64,000 nt of DNA from Verrucomicrobiia bacterium (GTDB lineage: Bacteria > Verrucomicrobiota > Verrucomicrobiia > Palsa-1439), in contig JBKQMH010000151.1 in NCBI GenBank assembly GCA_052146795.1, positions 1,502 to 65,501 on the forward strand, read 5' to 3'. The number at the start of each line of letters is the position of its first letter. Positions within the stretch are counted from its first letter, which is position 1. The notes under the pieces are model-generated. The model was given only the letters and a program-made list of their open reading frames with translations. It made no database searches and was not told the origin of the DNA. Made by a program: the position numbers and the translations under genes. Of this stretch, positions 28,272-37,071 are shown piece after piece.

Positions 28272-28618
28272 TTGCAAGCGTTTTTTTGCGATTTGTTGGT
28301 GTTGACCCGGTTCTCTGCAAACCCTTGGGCCACAAGCCCGCAACTGGCCAGCCCATTGCCCGGGGATACGCTCACCTCAACTACGGACACTCAACCATGG
28401 CCCACGAAATTAAGACCCTGCTCATTGATGACCGTGAATCGGGTGCGGTGTACGTCCGCAGCTCGACCCCCGTGTAGGGCTGGAACCTTTCCGATCCCTG
28501 ACACGAATTGGCTTGACGCGATGCTTCGGCAAACGGTATCAGCCACCCAACACCCCGTTTGTGGGCCAGTCATCTGGCTCACAGTATCGTCCCGTCTGCG
28601 CAAGGTTAGGAGAACACG

Positions 28619-28687
28619 ATGAAACGGTCCGTTACCCTGATGTTGAAGGCGAATTTGCCATGTAAGGAGAAGCGGGCCGAATCATGA
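28619..28687 (+). other. 22-codon upstream ORF (MKRSVTLMLKANLPCKEKRAES) translationally coupled (ATGA) to 28684 gene
   Basis: AGGAG 7 nt upstream of its ATG. Its TGA overlaps the ATG of the downstream gene, whose own SD is poorly spaced. Confidence 0.35.
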
Positions 28688-30195
28688 TCTATCCGTTTTG
28701 GGACGAGCCGTTCGGCTACGGGATCTTGATGGCGATCATCGCGGTGCTGCACGTCTTCGTGTCGCATTTCGCCATCGGCGGCGGGCTGTACCTGGTCGTC
28801 ACCGAGCGCCGGGCCACAAAAGCCGGTGACCAGGCGACGCTGGAATTTTTACAGCGACTGAGCCGGTTCTTTGTCCTGATCACGTTGGTTTTCGGCGCGC
28901 TGAGCGGCGTGGGGATTTGGTTTGTCATCGGTCTGCTGAACCCGGCCGCCACCGAGGCGCTGATCCACAACTTCGTCTGGGGCTGGGCCATTGAGTGGAC
29001 GTTCTTCGTCGTCGAGATCACCGCCGCGATTGTCTATTACTACGGTTGGAACAAGCTGGCGGCGCGCGAGCACCAAATCGTCGGGTGGATCTATTTCATT
29101 TTTGCGTGGCTGTCGCTGGTGATCATCAACGGCATCATCACGTTCATGTTGACGCCCGGCCGATGGCTGCAGACCGGGAATTTCTGGGACGGTTTCTTCA
29201 ATCCGACCTACTGGCCGTCGTTGGTGATGCGAACGGGCGTATCGCTGATGCTGGCCGGCCTGTATGCGCTGCTCGTCGCGGCGCGTTATCCCGCCAGCGA
29301 TTTCAAGGCGCGCACGGTGCGCTACACGACAACGTGGGGCATCGTGGGCCTCGGTGTAACCGCGCTGTCGGAGTGGTGGTATTGGAATGCCATCCCCGCG
29401 GCGATCACCACCAAGGCGGCGCAGATCATGGCGACGCCGATGCACGCGATGCAGTATACGGTCTGGCTGGCCGCCGTCATCGGCGTGCTGTTGGTGGTTT
29501 TTGGGTGGTTGGCGGCGCGGCGGCTGCCGACGGCGGTTGCGGCGATATTGATGGTGCTCGGGCTGGCTTGGTTTGGTGCGTTTGAATCGTTCCGCGAATC
29601 GGTCCGCAAACCGTACATCATCACCGGCTACATCTATGGCAACGGCGCGGAGCTGGCCCGGGCCGGGACCTACACGAACGCGGGGTTCCTCGCCCAGATA
29701 AAGTACACGACCGGCGACGAGGGGGCGGATTTGTTCCGGCATTCGTGCCGAAGCTGTCACACGCTCACCGGCTACAAGGCGCTGAAGCCGGCATTCGACG
29801 GCACGGACCGCGCGTTCATCGGGGCGATTGTTCGTTCGACAAACCTGCTCAAGGGTAACATGCCGCCGTTCCTCGGCACGCCAGCCGAAGCGGACAAGAT
29901 CGCGGATTATCTGTACCAGCAAATCGACAAGCGGCCACTCGGCGAGGTGTACGGTTTGCAGGGCGAAGCGCTCGGTCGGAAGGCGTACGACATCCGCTGC
30001 GGCAAGTGCCATATTTTGGGCGGGGCCAGCGACAAATCGAAGTCGTTCGCCGGTCAGGGCCCCGACGACCTCAACGCGATGCTCGATATGAGCGCCGATC
30101 TCGGCAAGGGGATGCCCGCCTACACCGGTAGCGGCCCCGAGCGCGCGGCGCTGGTCGCCTATCTTCAGAAACTCGGCAAACAGGTCAAAAAATGA
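28684..30195 (+). CDS. Polytopic membrane protein fused to C-terminal dihaem cytochrome c domain
   Basis: About 9 predicted TM helices with conserved His (AVLHVFVSHFAIGGG). C-terminal soluble region with two CxxCH (CRSCH, CGKCH). Paralogous to the next gene. Confidence 0.6.
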   Translation: MIYPFWDEPFGYGILMAIIAVLHVFVSHFAIGGGLYLVVTERRATKAGDQATLEFLQRLSRFFVLITLVFGALSGVGIWFVIGLLNPAATEALIHNFVWGWAIEWTFFVVEITAAIVYYYGWNKLAAREHQIVGWIYFIFAWLSLVIINGIITFMLTPGRWLQTGNFWDGFFNPTYWPSLVMRTGVSLMLAGLYALLVAARYPASDFKARTVRYTTTWGIVGLGVTALSEWWYWNAIPAAITTKAAQIMATPMHAMQYTVWLAAVIGVLLVVFGWLAARRLPTAVAAILMVLGLAWFGAFESFRESVRKPYIITGYIYGNGAELARAGTYTNAGFLAQIKYTTGDEGADLFRHSCRSCHTLTGYKALKPAFDGTDRAFIGAIVRSTNLLKGNMPPFLGTPAEADKIADYLYQQIDKRPLGEVYGLQGEALGRKAYDIRCGKCHILGGASDKSKSFAGQGPDDLNAMLDMSADLGKGMPAYTGSGPERAALVAYLQKLGKQVKK

Positions 30196-31217
30196 ACCTC
30201 CCCGATTACGAATTTCTTTCCGCGCCGCTCTGGCTGATCACGGTCCTGCATGTGTTGACGCTGACACTGCATTTTGTGGCGATGAACTTCCTGTTCGGCG
30301 GCGTCATCATCACACTGTACGCGGCGGTCCGGCGGCGCTGGGATGATCCGACGCTGAAAAAGTTTGTGCGGCTGTTCCCCAGCGCGATGGCGGCGACGGT
30401 CACGCTTGGCGTGGCGCCCTTGCTGTTCCTGCAGATGGTCTATCCCAAGCAGATGTACGCGGCGGCGATCGTGAGCGGCTGGTTCTGGCTGCTGATTATC
30501 GCGGTGGCCATCGTCGTCTATTACGCGCTGTACCGCTGCGCGTTCAAGGCCGAGCGGACGGGTCGGATCAGCCAGGCAGCCCTGGGGCTGGCGTTGCTCG
30601 GACTGCTCTACATCTCGCTGACGTACAGTTCCGTATTCTCGATGGCGGAACGGCCGGGCCAGATTCACAGCCTGTACGCGCAGGATCAATCCGGCTGGAT
30701 GTGGAACCCCGCGGCAGGCGATTACGTCTTGCGCTGGCTGCACATGATGCTCGGCGCGGTCACGGTCGGCGGGTTTTTTGTCGGGATGATTGGACGCGAC
30801 GAGCCGGCGGCGTTCGCGTTGGGCAAACAGTTTTTTGTGGTCGGCATGGTGTTGGCGATGGTGGCGGGGATGGCCTATCTGCTGACGTTGCTGCCGTATC
30901 TGGAGGCGTTCATGCACACGCCAGCGATCTGGGGACTGACGGTGGGCGTGCTGCTCTCGCTCGGGTCACTGCATTTCTTCTTCAAGCGGAGATTCTGCGA
31001 GTCGGGCACGATGTTGTTCGTCTCGATGTTGACGATGGTCTATGCCCGGCACACCGTGCGGCTGTTGAAACTGGCGGCCCAGTTCGACCCCGGTACCTGG
31101 CACGTCGCCCCGCAATGGTCGGTGTTTATCCTGTTCCTGATCTGCTTTGTCGTGATGCTGGCGGTGGTCGGCTACATGCTCCGACTGGTCTTCGGTGCGA
31201 AGCGCGGCGCATCGTAG
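30192..31217 (+). CDS. Polytopic membrane protein, paralog of the membrane domain of 28684..30195 (no cytochrome c domain)
   Basis: LITVLHVLTLTLHFVAMNFLFGG aligns with MAIIAVLHVFVSHFAIGGG of the upstream gene. 4-nt overlap (ATGA). Confidence 0.5.
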   Translation: MNLPDYEFLSAPLWLITVLHVLTLTLHFVAMNFLFGGVIITLYAAVRRRWDDPTLKKFVRLFPSAMAATVTLGVAPLLFLQMVYPKQMYAAAIVSGWFWLLIIAVAIVVYYALYRCAFKAERTGRISQAALGLALLGLLYISLTYSSVFSMAERPGQIHSLYAQDQSGWMWNPAAGDYVLRWLHMMLGAVTVGGFFVGMIGRDEPAAFALGKQFFVVGMVLAMVAGMAYLLTLLPYLEAFMHTPAIWGLTVGVLLSLGSLHFFFKRRFCESGTMLFVSMLTMVYARHTVRLLKLAAQFDPGTWHVAPQWSVFILFLICFVVMLAVVGYMLRLVFGAKRGAS

Positions 31218-31238
31218 TGTGGGCGTCTTTCTGCGATA

Positions 31239-31249
31239 TGTCGCTTAGC
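31239..31249. repeat. 11-bp direct repeat TGTCGCTTAGC (left flank of low-GC cassette)
   Basis: Identical 11-mer at 32839..32849, exactly 1600 bp away. Confidence 0.4.
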
Positions 31250-31339
31250 GATATATCATGGATGGCGCGCGGGCTGTGGTGCGCATGTCATGATTATAGG
31301 TCTGACCCCGATTACTCTAACGGCGTCAGGTCTGCCGTG

Positions 31340-31918
31340 CTATTTGGAGGGTTTCGGTTTGGTTGTTGGAGGCTTTTGCGGAGCGGCTGGCTTCGTGGGC
31401 GGCTTACTCGATGAGGCTGCTTTAGGTGAGCTATTGGCGACCTTCAGTTGCTGTTGCATTAAAGTTTGGAATTTGAGGCTGACTCCTGCGTCTCTTAGGA
31501 GCTCCCCTAGACACTTTTCTAGCGCCTCGCGATTCGAACACTGGTGTTCCGCACCACCCCAAGTCACGGTGCAGGGGTAGCCGTTTCTGTGCTGCTGCCA
31601 CCTCGCCAGCTCATAGACCGTGCTTCCTCCGGCCTTTGGATTCCTAGCAATGATCGCCCAGTAACGCTTTGGCTCTGATGGCGGGCGAAGCATAGCAGCT
31701 CCGATTGCAGCCAGACCAGTAAGAGGCGGCTCAACCTGTTGCTCAACGCGGACGTCGATCGCTCCCTTACTAGCTGCAGATACATCTTTGTTGAGTTGCG
31801 ACAGGACGGCCTTAATCTCGTTTCGTGCTGCGGTCACCTTATCTGCAGCGGTTTGCCCTTGGGCAAAGTCGCCTTTGAAGTCTCTCATCCTTGTTTTCCT
31901 TTCAGTTGAGTCTCTCAA
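31340..31918 (-). CDS. Hypothetical protein with Lys/Pro-rich C-terminal tail (low-GC cassette)
   Basis: 192 aa, no recognisable domain. 17-nt overlap with the upstream EEP gene. About 45% GC against ~63% in the flanks. Confidence 0.45.
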   Translation of the reverse strand: MRDSTERKTRMRDFKGDFAQGQTAADKVTAARNEIKAVLSQLNKDVSAASKGAIDVRVEQQVEPPLTGLAAIGAAMLRPPSEPKRYWAIIARNPKAGGSTVYELARWQQHRNGYPCTVTWGGAEHQCSNREALEKCLGELLRDAGVSLKFQTLMQQQLKVANSSPKAASSSKPPTKPAAPQKPPTTKPKPSK

Positions 31919-32861
31919 TGACGCTTATGACAGGGAAATGGTCAAATTTGACTGCTGTATCCTGGACTAGGGCATCTAGTGGCGGCAATCGGAGAATTCT
32001 CGTTTCACGCTCATTCAGTTGCCAGCCCCCTGGCCTCAAAAACGACGAAGAGAACATAATCTGATCAATAGTTCTCCAATGTGTTCTTGGGTCAGAATCA
32101 CAAAAGCATGTCCCGCCAAAGCTCTTGGTTTGCTTGTCTGAGGCATACGGGTGAGACTCGCCAAGGTGCCGCCAAAAGGGATTATAGAGAAAGTTAGTGC
32201 TGGACCGGGCGAGCTCCCTATCCCGCGTCGCCAGAAGACGCTGAGCTAATGACGCATCGAATGGTTCGTCATTGTAATCCCCGAGAAGGATAATGGCGGG
32301 CTCGACGACGACTTCTCTAATGTTATCGACGGCATTTCTCAACTCGACCCCCAAGTCTTCCCGTTTAGGGGTATTGATCCCCAGAACGCGACTTGGCCAG
32401 TGCGACACCAAAACGTGCACCGAAGACTGGGACGAGGGGATGAAGAATTCGAGCTTGTTCGCGACTTTCAGCGAGCCCGTTCCCTGATCGCCAATGAGTG
32501 CTACCCCTCCCTGTTTTATGAGTCTCGTGCCATTGTAGATGACCCCAGTGTTAAACTCCAGGCCATCAGCCTTAGTGCCATCGAATATGTCGTGATGGGC
32601 AAGGGCACATTGATCACACAAGCGGCCAAGATCTTTGATCGAGACCTCGCCCAATGCCAAGCAATCGACAGCAAGATCTCTCAACAAGAACTGCACGACC
32701 TGAACCGCGACTTGTTTCTGCTCTTTTTCTTGAGCTCTCCTGACGCGGGGCGGAGACAAACTCGTGTTCCACCAAGCAAAGGTCAGTCGCTCAAGCTGCG
32801 GGCTCTGCTTAGAACTTGGCGTTGCTAATTTTGCTGTTTGTCGCTTAGCCATTGCATACAA
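31902..32861 (-). CDS. Endonuclease/exonuclease/phosphatase (EEP) family protein (low-GC cassette)
   Basis: EEP motifs: LTFAWWNTS (N-terminal Mg-binding strand), LLGDYNDEP, IDQIMFSSS, DHFPV. Confidence 0.65.
   Translation of the reverse strand: MYAMAKRQTAKLATPSSKQSPQLERLTFAWWNTSLSPPRVRRAQEKEQKQVAVQVVQFLLRDLAVDCLALGEVSIKDLGRLCDQCALAHHDIFDGTKADGLEFNTGVIYNGTRLIKQGGVALIGDQGTGSLKVANKLEFFIPSSQSSVHVLVSHWPSRVLGINTPKREDLGVELRNAVDNIREVVVEPAIILLGDYNDEPFDASLAQRLLATRDRELARSSTNFLYNPFWRHLGESHPYASDKQTKSFGGTCFCDSDPRTHWRTIDQIMFSSSFLRPGGWQLNERETRILRLPPLDALVQDTAVKFDHFPVISVIERLN
32839..32849. repeat. 11-bp direct repeat TGTCGCTTAGC (right flank of low-GC cassette)
   Basis: See 31239..31249. Confidence 0.4.
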
Positions 32862-33067
32862 GCGTTAAGTTCAACTGATTTCGATTGCCCGCGGAGCTAC
32901 GTGCCGTCGCCCTGACCGCAACTCAGGGCGTGCCCAGTTCCTGCAGAACAGTCGCTAGAGTTTACACATTTAGTGATTTTTGCACAAGCGCAGTTGGTCG
33001 TCATGGGCGAAATGCGGCGGGCGCAGGGGTGGCACAAAGTGATTGCCAGACGCGGCCAATTACCGGT

Positions 33068-35074
33068 CTACGACACGCCGAACGCACGCAGGCCCTGAAA
33101 GACAAGCAGGGAAGCGACGTAGGCCAGGACCGTCATGTAACCGAGTTGGAAGACGGGCCATTTGAGGCTGTTGGTCTCGCGGCGCGTGATGGCTTGCGTC
33201 GCCAGACATTGCATCGCCAGGACGTAGAAAATCAACAGGCTCGCGCAGGTGGCGGTTGTGAACACTTTGGCGCCGTTGGACCGCTGGGCGCGGCGCAGGG
33301 AATCGTAGAGTGATTCCGGGTTTTTCTCGGCGGCATTCTCCCCCACCCCGTACACGACGGCCAGCGTCGAGACCACGACTTCGCGCGCGGCGAAGGAACT
33401 GACGATGCCGATCCCGATTTGCCAGTCGAACCCCAGCGGGCGGATGGCAGGCTCGATCCAGCGCCCGAGATGGCCCGCCGCCGAGTTCGCCAGCGCGGAA
33501 TGACTGATGAGCCGGCCCGCTTGTTCCTGCAATTCGTCGGCGGCCGGCCCGGTCAGTTTCGCGGCCTGTTGCTGCAAGGCGACGGCTTCGGGAGGCGGCG
33601 CGCTCTTGGGATAGGTGGCCAGCGCCCACAACGCGATGGAAATCAACAGAATCACCGTCCCGGCTTTTCGGATAAAGACCCACGCGCGATCCAGCATCAG
33701 GAGGATTGCCGTCCGCAGGCTCGGCAACTTGTAACTCGGCAACTCCAGCACCAGTGGATGCGTTTCGCCCTTCAAGATCGTGTGTTTCAGCGCCAACGCC
33801 GCGACAATCGCCGCGACCAGACCCAGCACGTACGCGCCGCTAAACACGAGCGCCGCTTTCCACGCGTCGTGCGCGAACAACAATGCCGCCAGCATGCTGT
33901 ACACCGGGATCCGGGCGGAGCAGGACACGAGCGGCAGGACGAGAATCGTCACCAACCGGTCCCGTTTATCTTCGATGACGCGGCTGGCCATGATGGCCGG
34001 GATGGCGCAGGCATGGGCGGAGAGCAACGGCACAAACGCCTTGCCCGGCAGACCCACGCGTCGCATGAGCCGGTCCATCACAAACGCCGCGCGCGCCAGA
34101 TAGCCCGTGTCCTCCAGCAACGAGAGACAGAAGAACAGAATGCAAATCTGCGGCAGAAACACCAGCATCCCGCCCAGGCCGCCGATGCCTCCCTTGACGA
34201 GGAGGCTGCGTACATCGCCCGCCCCCATGTGTTGTTCGATCCATGAACCGAGATGGCTGAACAAGCCGTCGATCAAATCCATCGGGATCTGCGCGATGCG
34301 GAAAATCAGGAAGAACACACCCAGCATCACCCCGAAAAACACCAGCACCCCGATCACGGGATGCGTCAACACGGCGTCCAGCCGCTCCGTCCACGGCTGC
34401 GTCACCCGCGGCAAACGCTCGACGCAGTGCCCGACGATCGCGTCCGTCCACGCGTAGCGGGACTTGAACCGGCAACCACTGCATCCGGCGCACATCGGCA
34501 CCGCGGACACAGGCGCCGGCGCGGTCTTCAAGTGTTCGATGGCGCGGCGCAGTTCGCCCAGCCCGCGGCCGGTGCGCGCGACCATCGGTATGACCGGGCA
34601 GCCGAGCGCCCGCGCCAGCTTTACGGCGTCGATGCGGACGCCAGCCGCCTCGGCGAGGTCCATCATGTTGAGGGCGACCACGACCGGGAGTTTCATCTCG
34701 ATAATCTGGCTGACGAGAAACAGGCTCCGACTCAGGTTTGTCGCGTCGGCCACGACAATTGCCGCGTCCGGCCTGCCGGTCTTCGGGGATCGGCCGGTGA
34801 TCACATCCACGGCAACGCGCTCTTCCTCCGATATCGCCTGGAGATCGTAGCACCCGGGCAAATCAATGATTTCGATGGTTTCATCCCGCACCGAGAAGTG
34901 GCCGACCCGGCGCTCGACGGTGGTGCCGGGATAATTCGCCGTCTGCGCGCGCAATCCTGTCAGGGCATTGAACAGCGTGGTTTTCCCGCCGTTCGGGTTG
35001 CCGGCCAGGACGAGCCGGTACGTGTCCTGCGACACGGCTTTCGCCGGCGGACAACAGGATGCCGTGGCACTCAT
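33068..35074 (-). CDS. feoB: Ferrous iron transporter FeoB
   Basis: G-domain (GNPNGGKTTLFNALTG, DLPG), GDI domain, and two gate-motif membrane halves. Start at MSATAS (35074); the track ORF N-extension overlaps feoA. Confidence 0.9.
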   Translation of the reverse strand: MSATASCCPPAKAVSQDTYRLVLAGNPNGGKTTLFNALTGLRAQTANYPGTTVERRVGHFSVRDETIEIIDLPGCYDLQAISEEERVAVDVITGRSPKTGRPDAAIVVADATNLSRSLFLVSQIIEMKLPVVVALNMMDLAEAAGVRIDAVKLARALGCPVIPMVARTGRGLGELRRAIEHLKTAPAPVSAVPMCAGCSGCRFKSRYAWTDAIVGHCVERLPRVTQPWTERLDAVLTHPVIGVLVFFGVMLGVFFLIFRIAQIPMDLIDGLFSHLGSWIEQHMGAGDVRSLLVKGGIGGLGGMLVFLPQICILFFCLSLLEDTGYLARAAFVMDRLMRRVGLPGKAFVPLLSAHACAIPAIMASRVIEDKRDRLVTILVLPLVSCSARIPVYSMLAALLFAHDAWKAALVFSGAYVLGLVAAIVAALALKHTILKGETHPLVLELPSYKLPSLRTAILLMLDRAWVFIRKAGTVILLISIALWALATYPKSAPPPEAVALQQQAAKLTGPAADELQEQAGRLISHSALANSAAGHLGRWIEPAIRPLGFDWQIGIGIVSSFAAREVVVSTLAVVYGVGENAAEKNPESLYDSLRRAQRSNGAKVFTTATCASLLIFYVLAMQCLATQAITRRETNSLKWPVFQLGYMTVLAYVASLLVFQGLRAFGVS

Positions 35075-35355
35075 GCGCACCGTTCCACGACCACGTGTCG
35101 CGCCAGCCGACCCGACACACCGATGCGCGCCCCCAGCAGCCGGAGGATGAGCGGGTTGCCCCGGCGGACGACTTCGAGTTCGCGTCCGACACACAACCCC
35201 ATCGCCATCAGCCGTTGCATCGCCTCCCCGGCCGGTTCGATGTGCTGGACGACAGCCCGCGAGCCGGACGGCAGTTCGTTCAAACTGCACCGGCCGTTGG
35301 CGGGTTCGGCGGCTGATTTGGCCGGTGTGGTAGGTTTTGTCGTCATGGTCGCCAT
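35071..35355 (-). CDS. feoA: Ferrous iron transport protein FeoA
   Basis: SH3-like FeoA motifs (LNELPSGSRAVVQHI, RLMAMGLCVGRELEVVRR, PLILRLLGARIGV). 4-nt overlap with feoB. Confidence 0.7.
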   Translation of the reverse strand: MATMTTKPTTPAKSAAEPANGRCSLNELPSGSRAVVQHIEPAGEAMQRLMAMGLCVGRELEVVRRGNPLILRLLGARIGVSGRLARHVVVERCA

Positions 35356-35677
35356 CGAGTTGTAACAAAGCCCGAGGGTCATTGCCACACCGCCCTGCCA
35401 TTCAACCCCATGCACCGGCTGGACTGCCCCATCAGGAAATCAGGCACCAACCTCGTCGACTGGGTCCACCCTCCAGGCGTTGCGCCCGGGGCAGGCGAAT
35501 AGGTTGGCGCGAGGACCGTTCGTTGACTCTCCGCGATCACAACGCCGAGCGCGGGAGTGAGCGGCATTCGAAATTTGTATGTCGTGCCGGGATAATCCGA
35601 CTCGGCCATGCACGTGCCCGTACCGACTGTGCGGTTGTCGGCGATCGCAACGTTATTCTCGTGACAGTGCATGGTCG

Positions 35678-37048
35678 TCAGTAGGCAAAGGTTTCCAGTT
35701 CATAACGCCCGAGGTGCGGTCGGCCGCGCCGTTCGTTGAATCGAAGGGCCTCGCGGATGGCTTGTTCCTGCGCGCGCATCTGCGCGACGGACAACGACTC
35801 GATCTGTAGCGCGCTGGTTTGTTCGGTGTACCGGCTGTTCGGGTACGTCACCAAGGGCGAAAAATAGATGAAATCATCGCGGCCCAGCGGCAGGTTGTTG
35901 ATCAGGCGCGCCGTCTCCCGCACGTGGGCTTCGGCAAACTCGCGACCGCCAGCACCCAACAGCGCGATCACTCCCACGGTCAGCCCGGCCGTCTTCAGGC
36001 TCGTGACGCATTGGGCGATGCCCTCGCTCGTGGCCGGTTTGCACAGCCACTTCAACAAGTCGTCGTCGCCCGTTTCCAAACCGACATAGACCCGGCGCAG
36101 GCCGAGTTCCCGTAATTCCTCAAAATCGGCGGTGGTACGCCCGGGTCCCGCAAACGCGTCGAGGAACGTGCTCACGCCGTCGAAGCGCGTCTCGTGACCC
36201 AGCCACCAACTGGCGGGAACGTGCTCTTCGGTGTGCGGTGGCAGCTCGAAATGCTCGTGGAGCACGCCAAAGATTTTCACCAAATCCTCGTGTGGCAGGC
36301 TCAGCGCATTGGCCTCACCCAGAAAAATGGAACGTCGTCCCCGCAACGCTTTCCCATGGTATGCAATCGCGTCGGTCACGTGTTTGGCAAACTGGGCGGG
36401 GGTCTTGCGTCCGTAGACCGCGTCGCGATACAACTCGCAGAACAGGCAGCACGAATACGCGCACCCTTCCGTCGCCTGGAGCACGAGCGCGTTGTATTGG
36501 TCGGGCGGAAGCACGGCGACGCGACCGTAAATCGAATGAAATCGTTCCGCATCGCGGCGCGCGGCCGGCTGGTCAAACATCGCGGCGCGTTGCAATGCCG
36601 GCAGGATCTCCGCGAGCGCCTGCCCCGGTCCCGGTTTCGCGTATTCCAACGCGATCGAATTCCCCCGCAATTCGTTCATCACCTGGACAGCCTTCTCGTG
36701 GGCTCCCGTCACCAACGCGTCGGCATCTTCCGTGAGGAGAACGCAACGTTCGATGCCGCCACCCTGTTGGACGGAACGCCGGTGGGTCACCAACACTTGA
36801 TGCGACAGGCCGCGACGTCGATGATGATCGGGCCTCGCGACCTTAGTCAGGCGTCCCTCGAGGTCGTAATGCAACGCCACGTCATTCTCGAAGTAGAGTG
36901 CGAGTTCGAATGCCGAGAGCGCGACGTAGACCCGTTCCCCACCCGACAGGAGCACTTGTAAACCCGCGGTGTAGCGTGGCACCTGCCCGAACGCGAGCGC
37001 CTCCTGGTACTGCAACAGGTTTGTTTTTGTTTCTGCCCCGACTTTCAT
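35678..37048 (-). CDS. Cys-rich hypothetical protein, possible non-canonical radical-SAM-like Fe-S enzyme
   Basis: 456 aa. Cluster EGCAYSCCLFCELY (Cx3CCx2C, not canonical Cx3Cx2C), later GLETGDDD (glycine-rich SAM-site-like). Directly downstream of two SPASM radical-SAM genes. Confidence 0.35.
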   Translation of the reverse strand: MKVGAETKTNLLQYQEALAFGQVPRYTAGLQVLLSGGERVYVALSAFELALYFENDVALHYDLEGRLTKVARPDHHRRRGLSHQVLVTHRRSVQQGGGIERCVLLTEDADALVTGAHEKAVQVMNELRGNSIALEYAKPGPGQALAEILPALQRAAMFDQPAARRDAERFHSIYGRVAVLPPDQYNALVLQATEGCAYSCCLFCELYRDAVYGRKTPAQFAKHVTDAIAYHGKALRGRRSIFLGEANALSLPHEDLVKIFGVLHEHFELPPHTEEHVPASWWLGHETRFDGVSTFLDAFAGPGRTTADFEELRELGLRRVYVGLETGDDDLLKWLCKPATSEGIAQCVTSLKTAGLTVGVIALLGAGGREFAEAHVRETARLINNLPLGRDDFIYFSPLVTYPNSRYTEQTSALQIESLSVAQMRAQEQAIREALRFNERRGRPHLGRYELETFAY

Positions 37049-37071
37049 AAATCAATCTCTCGGTCGCTCCG

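Noticed and set aside
33419-35365. Plus-strand ORFs (275 and 370 aa) antisense to feoB
   Set aside because: Low-complexity Arg/His/Gln-rich products, whereas feoB on the minus strand is complete.
35416-35677. Looked for a Fur box upstream of feoA
   Set aside because: Only a weak GATAAT-containing stretch (GGGATAATCCGAC), not convincing without a matrix scan.
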